From assembly GCA_046563655.1 (NCBI GenBank), contig CM102283.1, forward strand, positions 3,782,001 through 3,846,000: 64,000 bases of DNA. Direction: 5' to 3'. This DNA is from Yuukianura sp. NJ FZ-2021 (Eukaryota). Positions 25,754-42,078 of this stretch are shown here, piece by piece (position 1 is the stretch's first letter; each line of letters starts with the position of its first letter). A program made the position numbers and the translations under genes. The notes below the pieces were generated by a model. That model was not told the DNA's origin. It did no database searches and was given only the letters and a program-made list of their open reading frames with translations.

Positions 25754-26093
25754 AACTATTTCCTTGACCCCAAGGTCAACGTTAGCCCAACCAGCAATCA
25801 ATCAATAAAAATAAAACAATCCATTCCAACCGCATAAAAAAGGAAGGTAAACTTTCTTAAAAAAAAATAAGTGAGTCTGGCTAATCATCTGAATTTTCGG
25901 AATGCTCTGAAAATTTATTCTCACAAATTTCACAAAATTCTTCTTGTGGACAAAAGTAGTGAATGAAAATGAAATGAAATTAATTAATTGTGTTTTAGGT
26001 TTAAATTAGATTACAGAAACGGAAGAATTAGCCAGTGGTTACGGTTAGTGTGATCCTAATGTGACAGTTTACGGATTCTTCTTTCCAACTTCA

Positions 26094-26581
26094 TCATGAT
26101 CCACGACCTTCTCCAGTCGTTGGATTTCCATCCAACGCTTCCTTCATATTATCAGAGAGTGATTGGTTGGCTTCAGGGATTTTATTGTGTAAATCCAAGT
26201 CGCTCTCCATCTTTATTTCAGCAATTTTACGACGCAAATAGGTTTTGTTACGACGCTTCATCTCCGTAAATCGCCGAATTTCGGCCGCAATTCGCCGACG
26301 TAAAATGGATTGACTAAGACGCTTCATAACCCGAATGCGACGATCCAGTTTCTTTTGGTGACTTGCAACTATTTCTACGACACGAACTTCTATTTGACGT
26401 TCAATTTCCTTTTTGTCCTGCTCCAGTTGCTGTTTCCGTTGTAGCGCTGCTTGAAGTGCGGCTACATGATTCTAGGTACAACAAAAGTGGAATTGTTCAT
26501 TTGTTGATTGGTTCATGGTGAGATGATACAATTCGTGTTTCCAAGTACCTGATCTCTCAACCTGCTCTGGTGGTTGGCCAT
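26094..26581 (-). CDS. Hypothetical basic coiled-coil protein; at least 2 exons, start uncertain
   Basis: MANHQSRLRDQ splices in phase 0 to NHVAALQAALQRKQQLEQDKKEIERQIEVRVVEIVASHQKKLDRRIRVMKRLSQ... The frame stays open ~40 codons further upstream. Confidence 0.45.
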
Positions 26582-27269
26582 GGACGAAGATCCAGCTACA
26601 CTGGAACTGCTGGCTTCCGAATTCGATACTTTCCGGCTATCCGACACTTCAGTCGGAGTCTCAGCTACTTCAGTCGGCGTCTCCGACACTTCAAACGGCC
26701 TCCACGGAGCCCCATTGTTTAAAAATCAGGTTTATTCAATAATTATATCAATGTTTAAAAATTAAAGTTTAGCAATTCAGTCTCTGTAAACTACAAATCC
26801 TAACTGGAATTGAACAAGAACTAGGAGTGCAGTGGACTTTTCACATCAAAACGTATGTAAATTTAGTGCAATGCTATGTAAAACCATACCCACAAGCTCC
26901 CGAGTTCCAGAGTCCAATCAAGACGCTCAGTTCAAAAACCTAATTTGCAAAATTTTGTAGTAAATAGAGGAAGAGGTGACTTTGGTAGTTTGTTCCAATT
27001 GCAACTTCTTCTACATCCAACTTTTGCCTCGTGGTGGACTCTGTCGTCTCCTAACCCAACGTCCTTAAACCAAATCCTGACTTTCTAAAACGCCTCAGGC
27101 CTTGTTCAAATGTCTCGTTCTAACAATTTTTGGAACACTTCCTTTGGAACCCAAAATTGAGGCTAGGCCAAGGTGACAATTCATGCGCTCTTTTCGTCTA
27201 AACCAAGCTTGTTTAACTCGAAATTTTGTTTATTTCTTCTTATACCATTACGCCATTTTAGTACAAATG

Positions 27270-27374
27270 GTCGCTATAGCAATCTTGGTCTAAACATTTA
27301 CTTCAAGTAGACAGAATCACAGCAATAACGTCAATTTATTGGGCATTTTCAGGAACAAAGAGTACCATAGCAAC
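27270..27374. promoter_or_regulatory. Two RFX X-box-like motifs upstream of the dynein-tail gene
   Basis: GTCGCTATAGCAAT (27270-27283) and AGTACCATAGCAAC (27361-27374). Confidence 0.55.
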
Positions 27375-27506
27375 GGAACGCTCTTTTACACAATCATGTT
27401 TATTAAAATATTAATTTTGAAGAAGTTAATTATGAACTTCTTTTTTGTATCAGTTTGCCCCACTTCATTGCGAGCGAGCGAGCGGGAGCGTTGGAACAAA
27501 TTTGAA

Positions 27507-30500
27507 ATGTCGCTGCGATCCAATTTTGACGTCGCCGTTGGGCCTGGAGACGCCGTTAGCCTCCGAATTCCAGACCCATGGATGAGTCGCATTGAACCCA
27601 AAGTGTTCTCTACGCCACGATTCACTCAAATCCCTACGGCATTACAACAAGTACAGACTCAAAACCGCCAAATTTCAAAATTTCCAAAAAAAAAATCTTT
27701 CATATTTTGAAAATATTTGTTCATTTTGAGGCCAAAACGGAAGTGAATGAAGACTACCGTTTTACTCATCACCATTTCTTGGTCGATTCCGCCACTGAAT
27801 CCTTTCCGTCTACTCCATTGGATCAGACTGGACTCATTGCCGAACTTGGAGGTGACTGGAGTGAGTTTCAGGGCCGGATCGCTCAATGTTCAACTGCAGT
27901 CTTTCCGTTTAAAAAGTATCGACTGGAACGCAGTTCTGTCATCTACACTCCAGAACCGTTTAAAGCCTTTTCAGAAATTTTAGTGTCAGCAGTGGCGGCC
28001 CATTCCAAAAGATTCCTCTTCACAACTGATCTGCCCAAACTGGTTCCCGTTCCACTCCAAGTTTACGTTTCCAAACAAAAGGAACATATTAAACCGGTAA
28101 TTTTCAAAATTTCAAAAAAAAAAAAATTGAATTAAAAAAAACATTTTTAAATTTTAAACAGACGGAAGAGTTCGTGAGGGTGGAATGGCTGGATTTTGTT
28201 GTAACTACAATCAAAAACCACCTTAAAAACGAACCTCAACTGCGATACGACACTGACGAAAAGGACTGGAACGTTTTTGAAGTTTCAAAAATTTCTAAAT
28301 ACTTGACACTCATGAGATTTGTGATGGAGGTCAGTTTCTTGTTCCGAAATTCAAAATTTCTATTTCTTGAAAATTTGGAAAACTTGAATTTTGAAAATTT
28401 ACAGGACACTCTGCGTACGATGGTTCTGGAGTCGCTGGATTCGTTTTTGAACAAAATCAAGGCCCTGACAGAACCCTTTGAAAACGTTGACCAAACGTAC
28501 GAGTGGGGAAATGACCTTGTTCACACGGAATTCCCGCCACCGCAGGGTCACCATCCTCTATGGGCATTGGAGTTGACACTTTCCAGTGATGGACCAACCT
28601 ACGACCACTTCTTGTCTGACTTTTCCAAGGAATTGACAGGCCTCATGACGATCTGTGTCGACGCAACGGCAGGAATTCCTGACGTAAACACTTTCCTCAA
28701 TTCACATTTTCAAACTTCCTGCTTGTTTTTAACGTCGATTTTTAACAGATTCTGCCCCTGATTATGAAGAATTTGCTGTTTGGAGAAAAGAAAACACTGC
28801 ACTCAATTCCAAACGACGACCCGGCAGTGGTGGCTCGAATTTCGGAATTGCAGGGCCGTCTCGCTCAGGCTCTTGGGCCCGTCGAAGCTTACGCTAAAAA
28901 ATTTACGGCCTACCTGCCCATTTGGGATTTGGATTTGGAGCAGTTCATGAAGTGGGATTTATCAATTTATAACTTATAATATTATAATAATAAAAGTAAT
29001 TAAAATATATTATTATTATTATTTATTTGCAGTGAGTGGAACTCAGCTGATCATACTGCAGAAGAAGTTCGAGCTGCTGCTGACTTCCATTTGCACGAAC
29101 ACAATCAAATGGAAACTGAAATACCAAATTCAATTGACCTTGGTCCGTTTCGAATTCAAATTGAACCGCTCCGAACGGAACTCCTGCGAAGAAAAAAACT
29201 CGTCCACACTTCAATTCTCGAAAGTTTTGCCAACAAATTGCGATCCACAATTTCAGAGGTCAGTCACTTTTTTCAAAATTATCTTTCAAGTTTTTATTTA
29301 GAAATTTTTGAAAGTTACTCAAAGTTTTGTCTGAAATTGTTTAGATTTTGGAAGGATATGAGGAGATTAAAACAAAGTTGAGCACTCGTTCTGAAGATAT
29401 TGAGGAAGTGATGGAACTGAAACTTTTTTTGGCCGAAGTGCCGGCCCTGCTGACCAAAAATCAAGACACAATTCAAAATATTATGAGAGACTACGAAGTT
29501 TTCGAAGTTTTTAAATTCCCAATTTCGCGTGAGGACTTTGAAGCTCGTTGGACGGCCCTGATGGGTCTTCGGAAAATGTACAAGTTTGCAGATGAGGCTG
29601 TCCATTGGTTGGGTGGTGACTACCGGAAACTTCTGCGTATCCAAAAGTCGGATATGTCGGATCTCAATGTCGCCGTGGAGGTGGCGACATCTTCTGTTGC
29701 CACTTTGTCCACTTTTGTGGACATTTCAAACATTTCGGAAGCCAGGACACAAGTGGATGTCGCTGCAAAAGTAGTTCAGGAATTGCAACACAAAAGCGAC
29801 ATTTTCAACCGTCGCCAACTCGTTTTCGGTCTTCCGGCAGTTCAGAAGGAAACTGTGGCGGCTCTCGTTCAAACTACACACAAGTACGAGTCGTTATGGG
29901 CGACCATTGGCGGTAAAATTCAAAATTTCAAAAAAAATAAGTGAAAATGAAATAAAAAAAAAATTTTTTTTTTGTAGATTGGTTGAAGATTGAGGAGGAC
30001 GCTTTCAATTTGCCCATGGACCAACTGGACATGACTGGAGTAAATCAAATCATCACGGACGGTTTGAAAGTTGTGCGCAGAAGTAAAAAGTACTTTGGGC
30101 AACTGGGGGAACTCGGAGTGAAAGAATTGGCGCGCAAAGTGAAGCGACAAATCAAAGCCTTCCGAAAACTGGTTCCTTTGATACTCGTTTTCACACATGT
30201 CGGATTTCGAGCCCGCCATTTGGAATCCATTTCTCAAATTTGCGGTAATTTGAAACTTTTTTGAAAATTTTGAAAAAAAAAAGTGTTACTTACCTCCCAA
30301 TTTTTCTAAAATGCTTAGGTGTTGAAGTAGTGGCGACCTCAAGCAGTACTTTGAAGGCACTCGTTGATCAAGGGCTGAGCCCTTATGTCCTCGAAATTGA
30401 AAAAATTGGACAGGACTGTGAACATGAATTGGAAATTGAGTTGGAACTGAGCAAAATGGAGACAGATGCAACTGAAATCAAAGTCTCACTTCAAAAAGAT

Positions 30501-31064
30501 CCAAAAACAGGTTCCAAAAAGTTAAAAACTAAAATTTTGAATTGAATTTTGAAAAGTTGACTGTCTTTTTTTCTTTGTTGTTTAGGAATTGAAACTGTGA
30601 CGGTGCCTGAAGGAACGGATGAATTCCTGGAGTCCTGTGCCAAAAAAACTGGCGAATTCCAGGAGAGCCCTTACAAGGGTCCCTTTGCTGAGTACCTGAG
30701 AACTTGGGAGAACAAACTGCGCATGGCCACTTCAACGCTCCACAAAATCCGCACAATTGGACCGGACTGGATTCAGTTCCAGGAGGAATTGGAGGCTGGA
30801 GGTGATGGGAAAACGAGGGAAGAAATTTTTGAAAAAATGGGTCGTGTTTGGCGCCGAATCACCCGCATCATTCGAGGCACACCGCAGGTTTGAACAAAGT
30901 TTACAAAGTGCAGGGAATTGCATTTTTTTTTAAATTGATGCTTACAGGTAGTGGAGTTTGGTTCAAACAAAACGCTCGGCGCAAGCATCTCTCAATTTGA
31001 ACAACTACGAGCCTACATCCGTCCAGTTCCGGAGGGAAATAGGAAATCCGAAGACACGAATTAA
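27507..31064 (+). CDS. Axonemal dynein heavy-chain (DNAH1-like inner-arm) tail/DHC_N2 region only, with no AAA+ motor
   Basis: Motifs WNVFEVSKISKYLTLMRFVME-DTLRTMVLESL, IPNSIDLGPFRI, DIFNRRQLVFGLP, FRKLVPLILVFTHVGFRARHLESIS, EHELEIELELSKM and SPYKGPFAEYLRTWENKL. About 12 in-phase exons ending at TAA 31062-31064. Confidence 0.8.
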
Positions 31065-31261
31065 CAGAAAGTTGAACTTTTAATTTGAAATTTCCAAAAA
31101 TTTTGAAAAAAACGCTTCCATTTTGAAAGAAATTAAAATTAGAACAAAAGTTTCTTAGATGTTAGAAATGAAATTAGGGATTTGGTTGACTACGGACACC
31201 GGTAGATGGAACTACGTTGGCGGCGTCTGTCTGTTGTTTCAGTGGATTAGACTCACCCGTG

Positions 31262-31470
31262 AAATTAGGGATTTAGGGCAACAATGTAACCACAAAGTTT
31301 AGCCGCCCCCGATAGCTTTAGTTGGCTACACTTGAGTGGCAACGGATGTAGGTCCAGACTTTACTTAAACTGGCAACTTCAGTTACCACAAAATATAGCC
31401 ACTCAGTGCAGCCTCAAAGTGGTTACTTTGCGCGGTTACAATAATTCTACTTATACCTTACTCCAACTCA
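31262..31470. mobile_element. Degraded copy of the TAGCCAC/GTGGCTA MITE family, upstream of P2X
   Basis: Shares TAGCCAC...AGTGCAGCC and the CTTACTCCAAC terminus with the element at 23832-24070. Confidence 0.45.
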
Positions 31471-31607
31471 CGCCAACAGCTGGCCCCTGGCCACTATGAC
31501 ATTTTTGACCTCGACAGTTGACACTTTTGGACCTTCTGGACACTGGGCAGTGTCACCGGTGGAAGTAATTGGACTTCTCGATTAGTTAATTAATCGATTA
31601 ATTGAAG

Positions 31608-33570
31608 ATGCGGGCTGTCTACTTTCTGCGGAAGTCAGTTTCTGTCTTCTTCGAGTACGACACAGCGAGATATGTGAACATCAATAGCAAGAGGGTGGGA
31701 GTATTCAGTCGCTTCCTGCAATTGGTTGTTCTTGCCTACATCGTTGGGTAAGTAATTGATTAATTGAGGGTCATATGACGTTAATTGATCGATTAATTGA
31801 TGTAGGTATGTGTTGCTGCTGAGGAAGGGTTACCAGAATGTGGATTCAGTTGAGAGCGCAGTGGTGACGAAGGTCAAGGGAGTTGTGCTTACCAATTACA
31901 CTGCTGAAGAGCTTAACATCGTCAATGCAACGTTGTACAATCGTATCTGGGATCCAGCTGACTTTGTAGTGCCTTCAGAGGGACTGGAACGCGGTGGGTT
32001 CTTCGTCATGACCAACATTGTTATCACTCCTAATCAAAGTAGATCCATTTGTCCAGAGGTACTGTGTCATGTCACCATTAATCAAACTCTTAAAAGTTAT
32101 TCCTTGTTAGATAACAGTGTCTGATTACCCTTATTTACTTTTTGTAGGATGAGAACCTGCCCACTGCTGTTTGTTCCAGTGACAATGACTGTGAAGTTGG
32201 TCGGTCTTTCCAGGTTGGCAATGGAGTCCAGACGGGCAAGTGTGTCAATAGTTCCAGAGAAAATTCGACTCTAAAGACTTGTGAAATCCATGCCTGGTGT
32301 CCAGTGGAGCAAGACATTTTGCCATTGTAACTAAATTAATTGAATTAATTGCATAACTAATTGATTTCTGAGTAAAGTTAAAGTGTTTTTGTCTTTTTCT
32401 ATACTAGAAATGGAACCAAGGCGCTGCTACTCCCAGAGGCTGAGAATTTTACAGTATTGATTAAAAATGCAATTGCTTTTCCCTTCTTTGGAGAAGAATA
32501 CTCGCGCCGAAATGTGTTAGAAGATGCAAATGCTACGTACTTGCAGCAGTGTCGGTATGATCCTGTTGACGATCCGTTTTGTCCGGTATTTCGCTTGGCC
32601 GACATCGTTAAACAGTCGGGAGCCTCGTTTTCGTCAGTGGCGATTCGGGCAAGTTGAGATTTTAAGAATTTGTAAAAATCGGTGACATTTTTTGACAACT
32701 GCTGTTTTGAAATGCTACAGGGCGGAGTGTTTGTGATTACGATCAGATGGAGTTGTAACTTGGACTATGATTTCATGGTTCCATGTGATTTGGTCAGAAA
32801 GTGAAAAGATCAAAAGTGAAATGATCAGAAAAAAAGGTCAGAAAAGGAAGGAACGTAACCAAACCTAACCTGAGATCTTTTGAATTCTGACCTTTTCACT
32901 TCTGATCATTTCACTTCTGACCAAATATTTCTGACCATTTCACCTGCTACGGATTTCATGCAGTGGTGTAGACCGAGGTATTCGTTTACGAGAATGGATG
33001 CAACCGATGCCAAGATCGCTCCAGGCTGGAACTTTCGGTAAGTTTTTCAGCACATTTTCAAAATGTTTACCATTTTCAGAAAAAGTTTGTTTTTCAAATA
33101 ATATTGTTTTTGATTAGGCAAGCCAAGTACCACGAAGAGAATCGACGAACCTTGTCCAAGATGTTCGGCATAAAAGTTTTAATTGAAGTGGAAGGAGAAG
33201 CTGGAAAGTTCGGACTAGTTCCACTACTGCTGAATGTTGGTGCTGGATTGGGTTTGATGGGACTGGTAACTTTATAACTTATAATTTTATATTAATATAA
33301 TTTGTATAATTAAATATTTTATAACTTCAGACCACAGTCATATGTGACATAATAGTCCTGTACTGCTTGAAGTCTCGTGATATTTACAAAGAGAAGAAAT
33401 TCAAGACCGTCCAGGCTGGGGATGCGTTTTACGTGAATCCAGCGGCGGTTGAGCATGACGAGGACGACGCTGGAACAAATACTGCTGGTTACACAAATTT
33501 CGATCAACCCAGCACGCGACGCAGTCGACAACCTACGTTTCCGGTGGATGACAACACTCCAGTGACATAA
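31608..33570 (+). CDS. P2X purinoceptor (ATP-gated cation channel)
   Basis: Motifs FFEYDT, SAVVTKVKG, RIWDPADFV, FFVMTN...TPNQ..SICPE, GNGVQTGKC, TCEIHAWCPVE, AENFTVLIKN, PFCPVFRL, WSCNLD, PGWNFR and TM2 PLLLNVGAGLGLMGL...CD. Confidence 0.95.
32778..32951. mobile_element. 174-bp Mutator-like MITE inserted in a P2X coding exon
   Basis: 9-bp TSD GATTTCATG at 32769-32777 and 32952-32960. Imperfect TIRs (GTTCCATGTGATTTGGTCAGAAA versus reverse complement GTAGCAGGTGAAATGGTCAGAAA). Internal inverted TCAGAA/TTCTGA repeats. Confidence 0.88.
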
Positions 33571-34690
33571 GTTCAGCCAATCAGCGCCATGATACGAAGA
33601 TGTCGTTTCCTAATCGTTTGAGCTGCTCATACCGTCATATCCATGACGAGTTAAGTTAATCTAATTAATTTATGTAAGTAATTATTGACGTCATTCCTAT
33701 TCCCACGCACTGTGATATTTACAAGATCCGAACTATTTTTTACATGTTTCGGAAAAATGACTAATTCTGTTAGTATTTTTATAGGCGGAAAACGTTAGCA
33801 GAAGAGTGACAGACTTATAGGCTCTAAACAACGCAGTAGTGCGCAAATTAATTATTCACACAAAATCAATTAATAGACTTAGGAATTAATCTAATTAAAT
33901 TGATCTGTCCATGTTGATAAGGCATTGAACTCGATTAACCCTCTGACATGGCGCCACTAAGCAAGCCTCAAATCCGTGCAGTTTTTTTTCCATTGTTTAT
34001 ATAACATAATATTATTTATTTATTTATATTATGTTAATTCCGTAGTTCCTCCCAGCCCCCCACTCCCCTCCTGCTCTGCTCTTATCCTTGTATTAGTGGA
34101 CCCCCACTGAATGCACAATGCACTAAGTGCTGACAAGGAGACACAATTAAGTCATACACTCATCGTCTCTAAGTGTCGTCATCCTCAATTACTAATTGAC
34201 TACGCAGGAGGATCAATTTGCAGTGTATTTTGGGTATCCGTTGTACCGTTCGTACCAAGGTCATCGTCCCTCACTTCCCCATAAACTATAGTACAGTTAC
34301 TCCAATGTTGACTCCATTCAGCTCTGTGTATGTCCTCTCCAGCAGCTGATCTTGACTTGAGTGGTAGATAACAAAGCATTCAAAGTAATTAATTCACAGT
34401 TACGTCTTGATTAACCAACAATTAACTAAAGACAAGTATTACTAACTTCAACCTTAACATAAGGTAAGTCTATGATTAACAAAATAACATAAGGTAGTAC
34501 TATTATTTGTATTCCCAACTAATCATAGTATGATTAGTTGTTGATTGTTTGTATATGATTGTTTGTAGTTGTAGTTATGATTATCATACTAATCTGGATC
34601 TTATAGGCTTCGATTACTTTTACAAGGAACAGGTTTGAAGTGACTGGGAAGTTGGGCTGTCCATACGACCTTCACTAAACAATCAGGAAG

Positions 34691-38929
<4,239 letters not shown>

Positions 38930-39881
38930 GCAGAAGTACATTCATGGACAACGTTAATCAATTAATCAACTAATTAATCAGGACTCTGACAAATTTAGAG
39001 GTCAATGACCTTTGGAACTCACTTGACCTCCCCGTAACCCAATCACTCTTATTCTTACTATTAGTCAGGCTCTAAATCAATGCTAAGCCGTTCTTCTTCT
39101 AAAGTTTCAGTTTTTAAAAGTCTAGACTCATTTTCATAGTTTGGACAAAGTGGAATATTTTGAAAGGTTAAGTTTTTGAAAAGTTAATTTTTGACTTTTG
39201 CGTTGTTCCTTTTCTCCTGCGCATAAAGTACCTGAACCGGGACTTTTAGTGACTAATCCTGGGATACTGCTGAACTACTGAAGTGACTAATTCTAAGATA
39301 CTGCTGGATACTTGCGGAAGAGGAATGTGCTGCACTCAAGTGGAATTTATTGCCTCTGAACATTGCCTAAACTACAGAAATTGTGATGCAGTTAGCATCG
39401 TAAGATGAAGAGGAGTCTTTAAGTTTAAAAGTTAAAAAGGAATCGCAATCGCAACATAATTTCTTTTGTGTAAATGATTTTAAGTTTAAGTCGCTTAATA
39501 AGAGTTGTTGAAAAAAGCAGCAGGAGTTAATTTCCAAAAGTGAATTATTTTACTTAGAGTGTCCGTTTATTAAGTTGAAGTTTAGCTTGTGTAGGATTTA
39601 GGAAGCAATAATTTGAATAAGCATCAACATCCTCATCAGAGTGTCAATCTTTAGCAATGTTATAATTTTACAACATTTTGTTCAATCTTACGACACTGCA
39701 CAATAAATATTCACTTTCAACAAAATTATTACTTTTTCTTAACGAAAATTGACTTTTCACCTCACTTTCACTTTTGAAAAAGAAGTCGACACTTTTCCAA
39801 ATTGGAATTGATTCTATAGGGGAATCGCGAGCGAGTGTGTTGGAGGGAGTAACTAATTGGTACTTAAGATAGAATAGCTCA

Positions 39882-42078
39882 TTAATCTTTGACTATAAAT
39901 TGAAGTACAAAGTTGAGTATTCCTAGAGCGAGTAGAAGTAAGTGTAGGACTATGGATGTGTTGGTGAGTGTGCCCATGTTGGATTGCCACTTGAAGTAGA
40001 GAAGTATTGGGAGGAAGAACAAGTAGACGAGGCCACAGATAGCTCCAGTGTATCTAATGATACTCCCAATACGCGGCATCCAAATTGCAAAACAGACGCA
40101 GATTGAGATGAACACTGCGGAGAGGAACAGTATCTGGGGGAACGTGGGCTCTTTTTTGGTGATTGCGTAGCAAACTTGGACTCGCAGGATGAACAGAAGC
40201 AGAGGAAACACGGTCCCCATTTGGAGAAACAACACAATCCGAGCCACGAAGGTCCATCCGTCAGTCGGAGTGAAATTGTTCAAAAAGTTCTAAAAACAAA
40301 AACAATTTCAACTTTCAAACTTTCCAAAAAAAGTTCCTCTTTTCATTTTTCTAAACTTACGTCTTCAATGCAGGATTTGGACAGTGGGAAAATGACGTAA
40401 AAAGTTCCGCCAATGATGAAATAAGTTAGTGACACAAAAATGAAGGCAATCAGCAGATCTCTTTTCTAGAAATTGAAAAATGAAAAAATGAAACATCTAA
40501 AATCTTAATCTTTTTTTCTAAAATCTTACGTTTTTCTCTGGACGGCGATTGTTTTGCATGATGTTGAGTACGCAGTTGTGGATGAAGAAGCTCATGGACA
40601 GCATTCCAGCTAGCGCTGGAAAGTTTTCAGTGTAGAGAGCCATGTACGCTGGTGAGTCTGGATCGCTGAAATTCATGTTGATTCCAAACTCTCCTCCTTT
40701 GACAAACACGAAGAAAGTGAGGAAAATGACAGCCAGCGTGCCGACGGAGTTGAACTTCGTGAAAAAAGTTGGGGACCGAACGCAGCACAGTGGGCCCAGA
40801 ATTGCAATTAAAAAAAGAGGCACAGTGCGGTAGAGATCCCAGATTTCGTGAAATTCGTCAGTCTCCGGTAAGTCGTCGGCAGTATTGTTCCCTGGACAGT
40901 AAGCTACAAAATTTTTAAAAAGTTACAAAATTTTAGACAGTTTCTAGAAAATTTTTAAAACGTGGAAGTTAAGAAAGTACTTGCCTGAATTGGGTGAGGT
41001 GCTGTTAGTAAAGTTGCTTTCGAGTGAAGCCGAGTCTACAAAGTACTTGGAGTGAACGAAATCCACGGTGTGGTACAAAAAGTTGCTCATGAGCACCCAA
41101 TAGACCACGGTGGCTCCAAGGAGAATCAAGGCACTGAACACTACAGCGATTATCTGTGCCCATCGTCCTAAAAATACAAAAATTTCATTAAAATTTTTTT
41201 GATTTCGTTTCATTTTTTTTTTTTTTTTTACAAAAATCTGAATTTGAAGTTACCGAGAAGGCGCTTGCATAAAACAGCAAAATCGGAAACAGTCGGGCTT
41301 TCTGAAAAAAAGTATTTGACTGGAAAAAATTTTTTTTCAAAATGGAAAAATTTTTGTGGTTACTGACGATAAGCTTCGAAAACTTGGAGAATGCGGAAGG
41401 CAGTGTAGAATGAGACTGAGGACATGAGTATGAGCAGCAGTATTCCAGGAATCACTCCAGCGTGTTCCAGTGCCCAAGGCATGCTGAGTAACGACGTTCC
41501 CATCATGGTATTCCATAAAGCAAAACTGAAAAATAACATTCAATTAGTTCAAATTTTAGTAACTTTTCAAATTTTGACAATTCAATTTCAAGAAATTTAC
41601 ATCGTGATGACACTGCTCTGCTTCCCATCGGTTGACTGCGATGACTTGGGCAGTGGAATGAAAAAGTCTGGAGGGATGACATGTGACGGAATGAGGAGAA
41701 TGTCGTCGTTGACGGGCACTGCGACGCGGTTACGCAGTCGATTGTAATACAAGTATCTGGAGTAGTTGGCTCTCATGAGCCAGGGATCTTCGGCAGTATT
41801 TCTGCGTTGGCCACTCGCAGTGATTGCTCCATAACGACTGGCACTTTCAGATTCATTTGAGGCTTCAATGGAGTTGATAGCAGTCGAATCCCAGAAAGAA
41901 GGGGTGTAGTGGTATGGTCTCCTGCAATCAAAATGTCAAATGTTTAGTACAATGTAAGAACTTAAAAAAATTGAAATATTTTTGTTGTCGTTTACCGTGC
42001 GAAGCTAGTTCCGCCTGCGCTTGCTGTCAACAGACTCTCTGTCTCCTTTTGTTTGTCTTTTCGTGAGTCATTCTCCAT
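39882..42078 (-). CDS. SLC38A9: Lysosomal amino-acid transporter/arginine sensor SLC38A9
   Basis: Motifs RPYHY, NYSRYLYYNRL, LLIPSHVIPPDFF, QSSVITIFALWNTMMGTSLLSMPWA, ATVVYWVLMSNFLY, FTKFNSVGT, SFFIHNC and FLQMGTVFPLL. Confidence 0.95.

Noticed and set aside
34350-34385. miR-9/miR-79-like sequence (TAGATAACAAAGCAT)
   Set aside because: The seed does not match and no precursor hairpin is evident.
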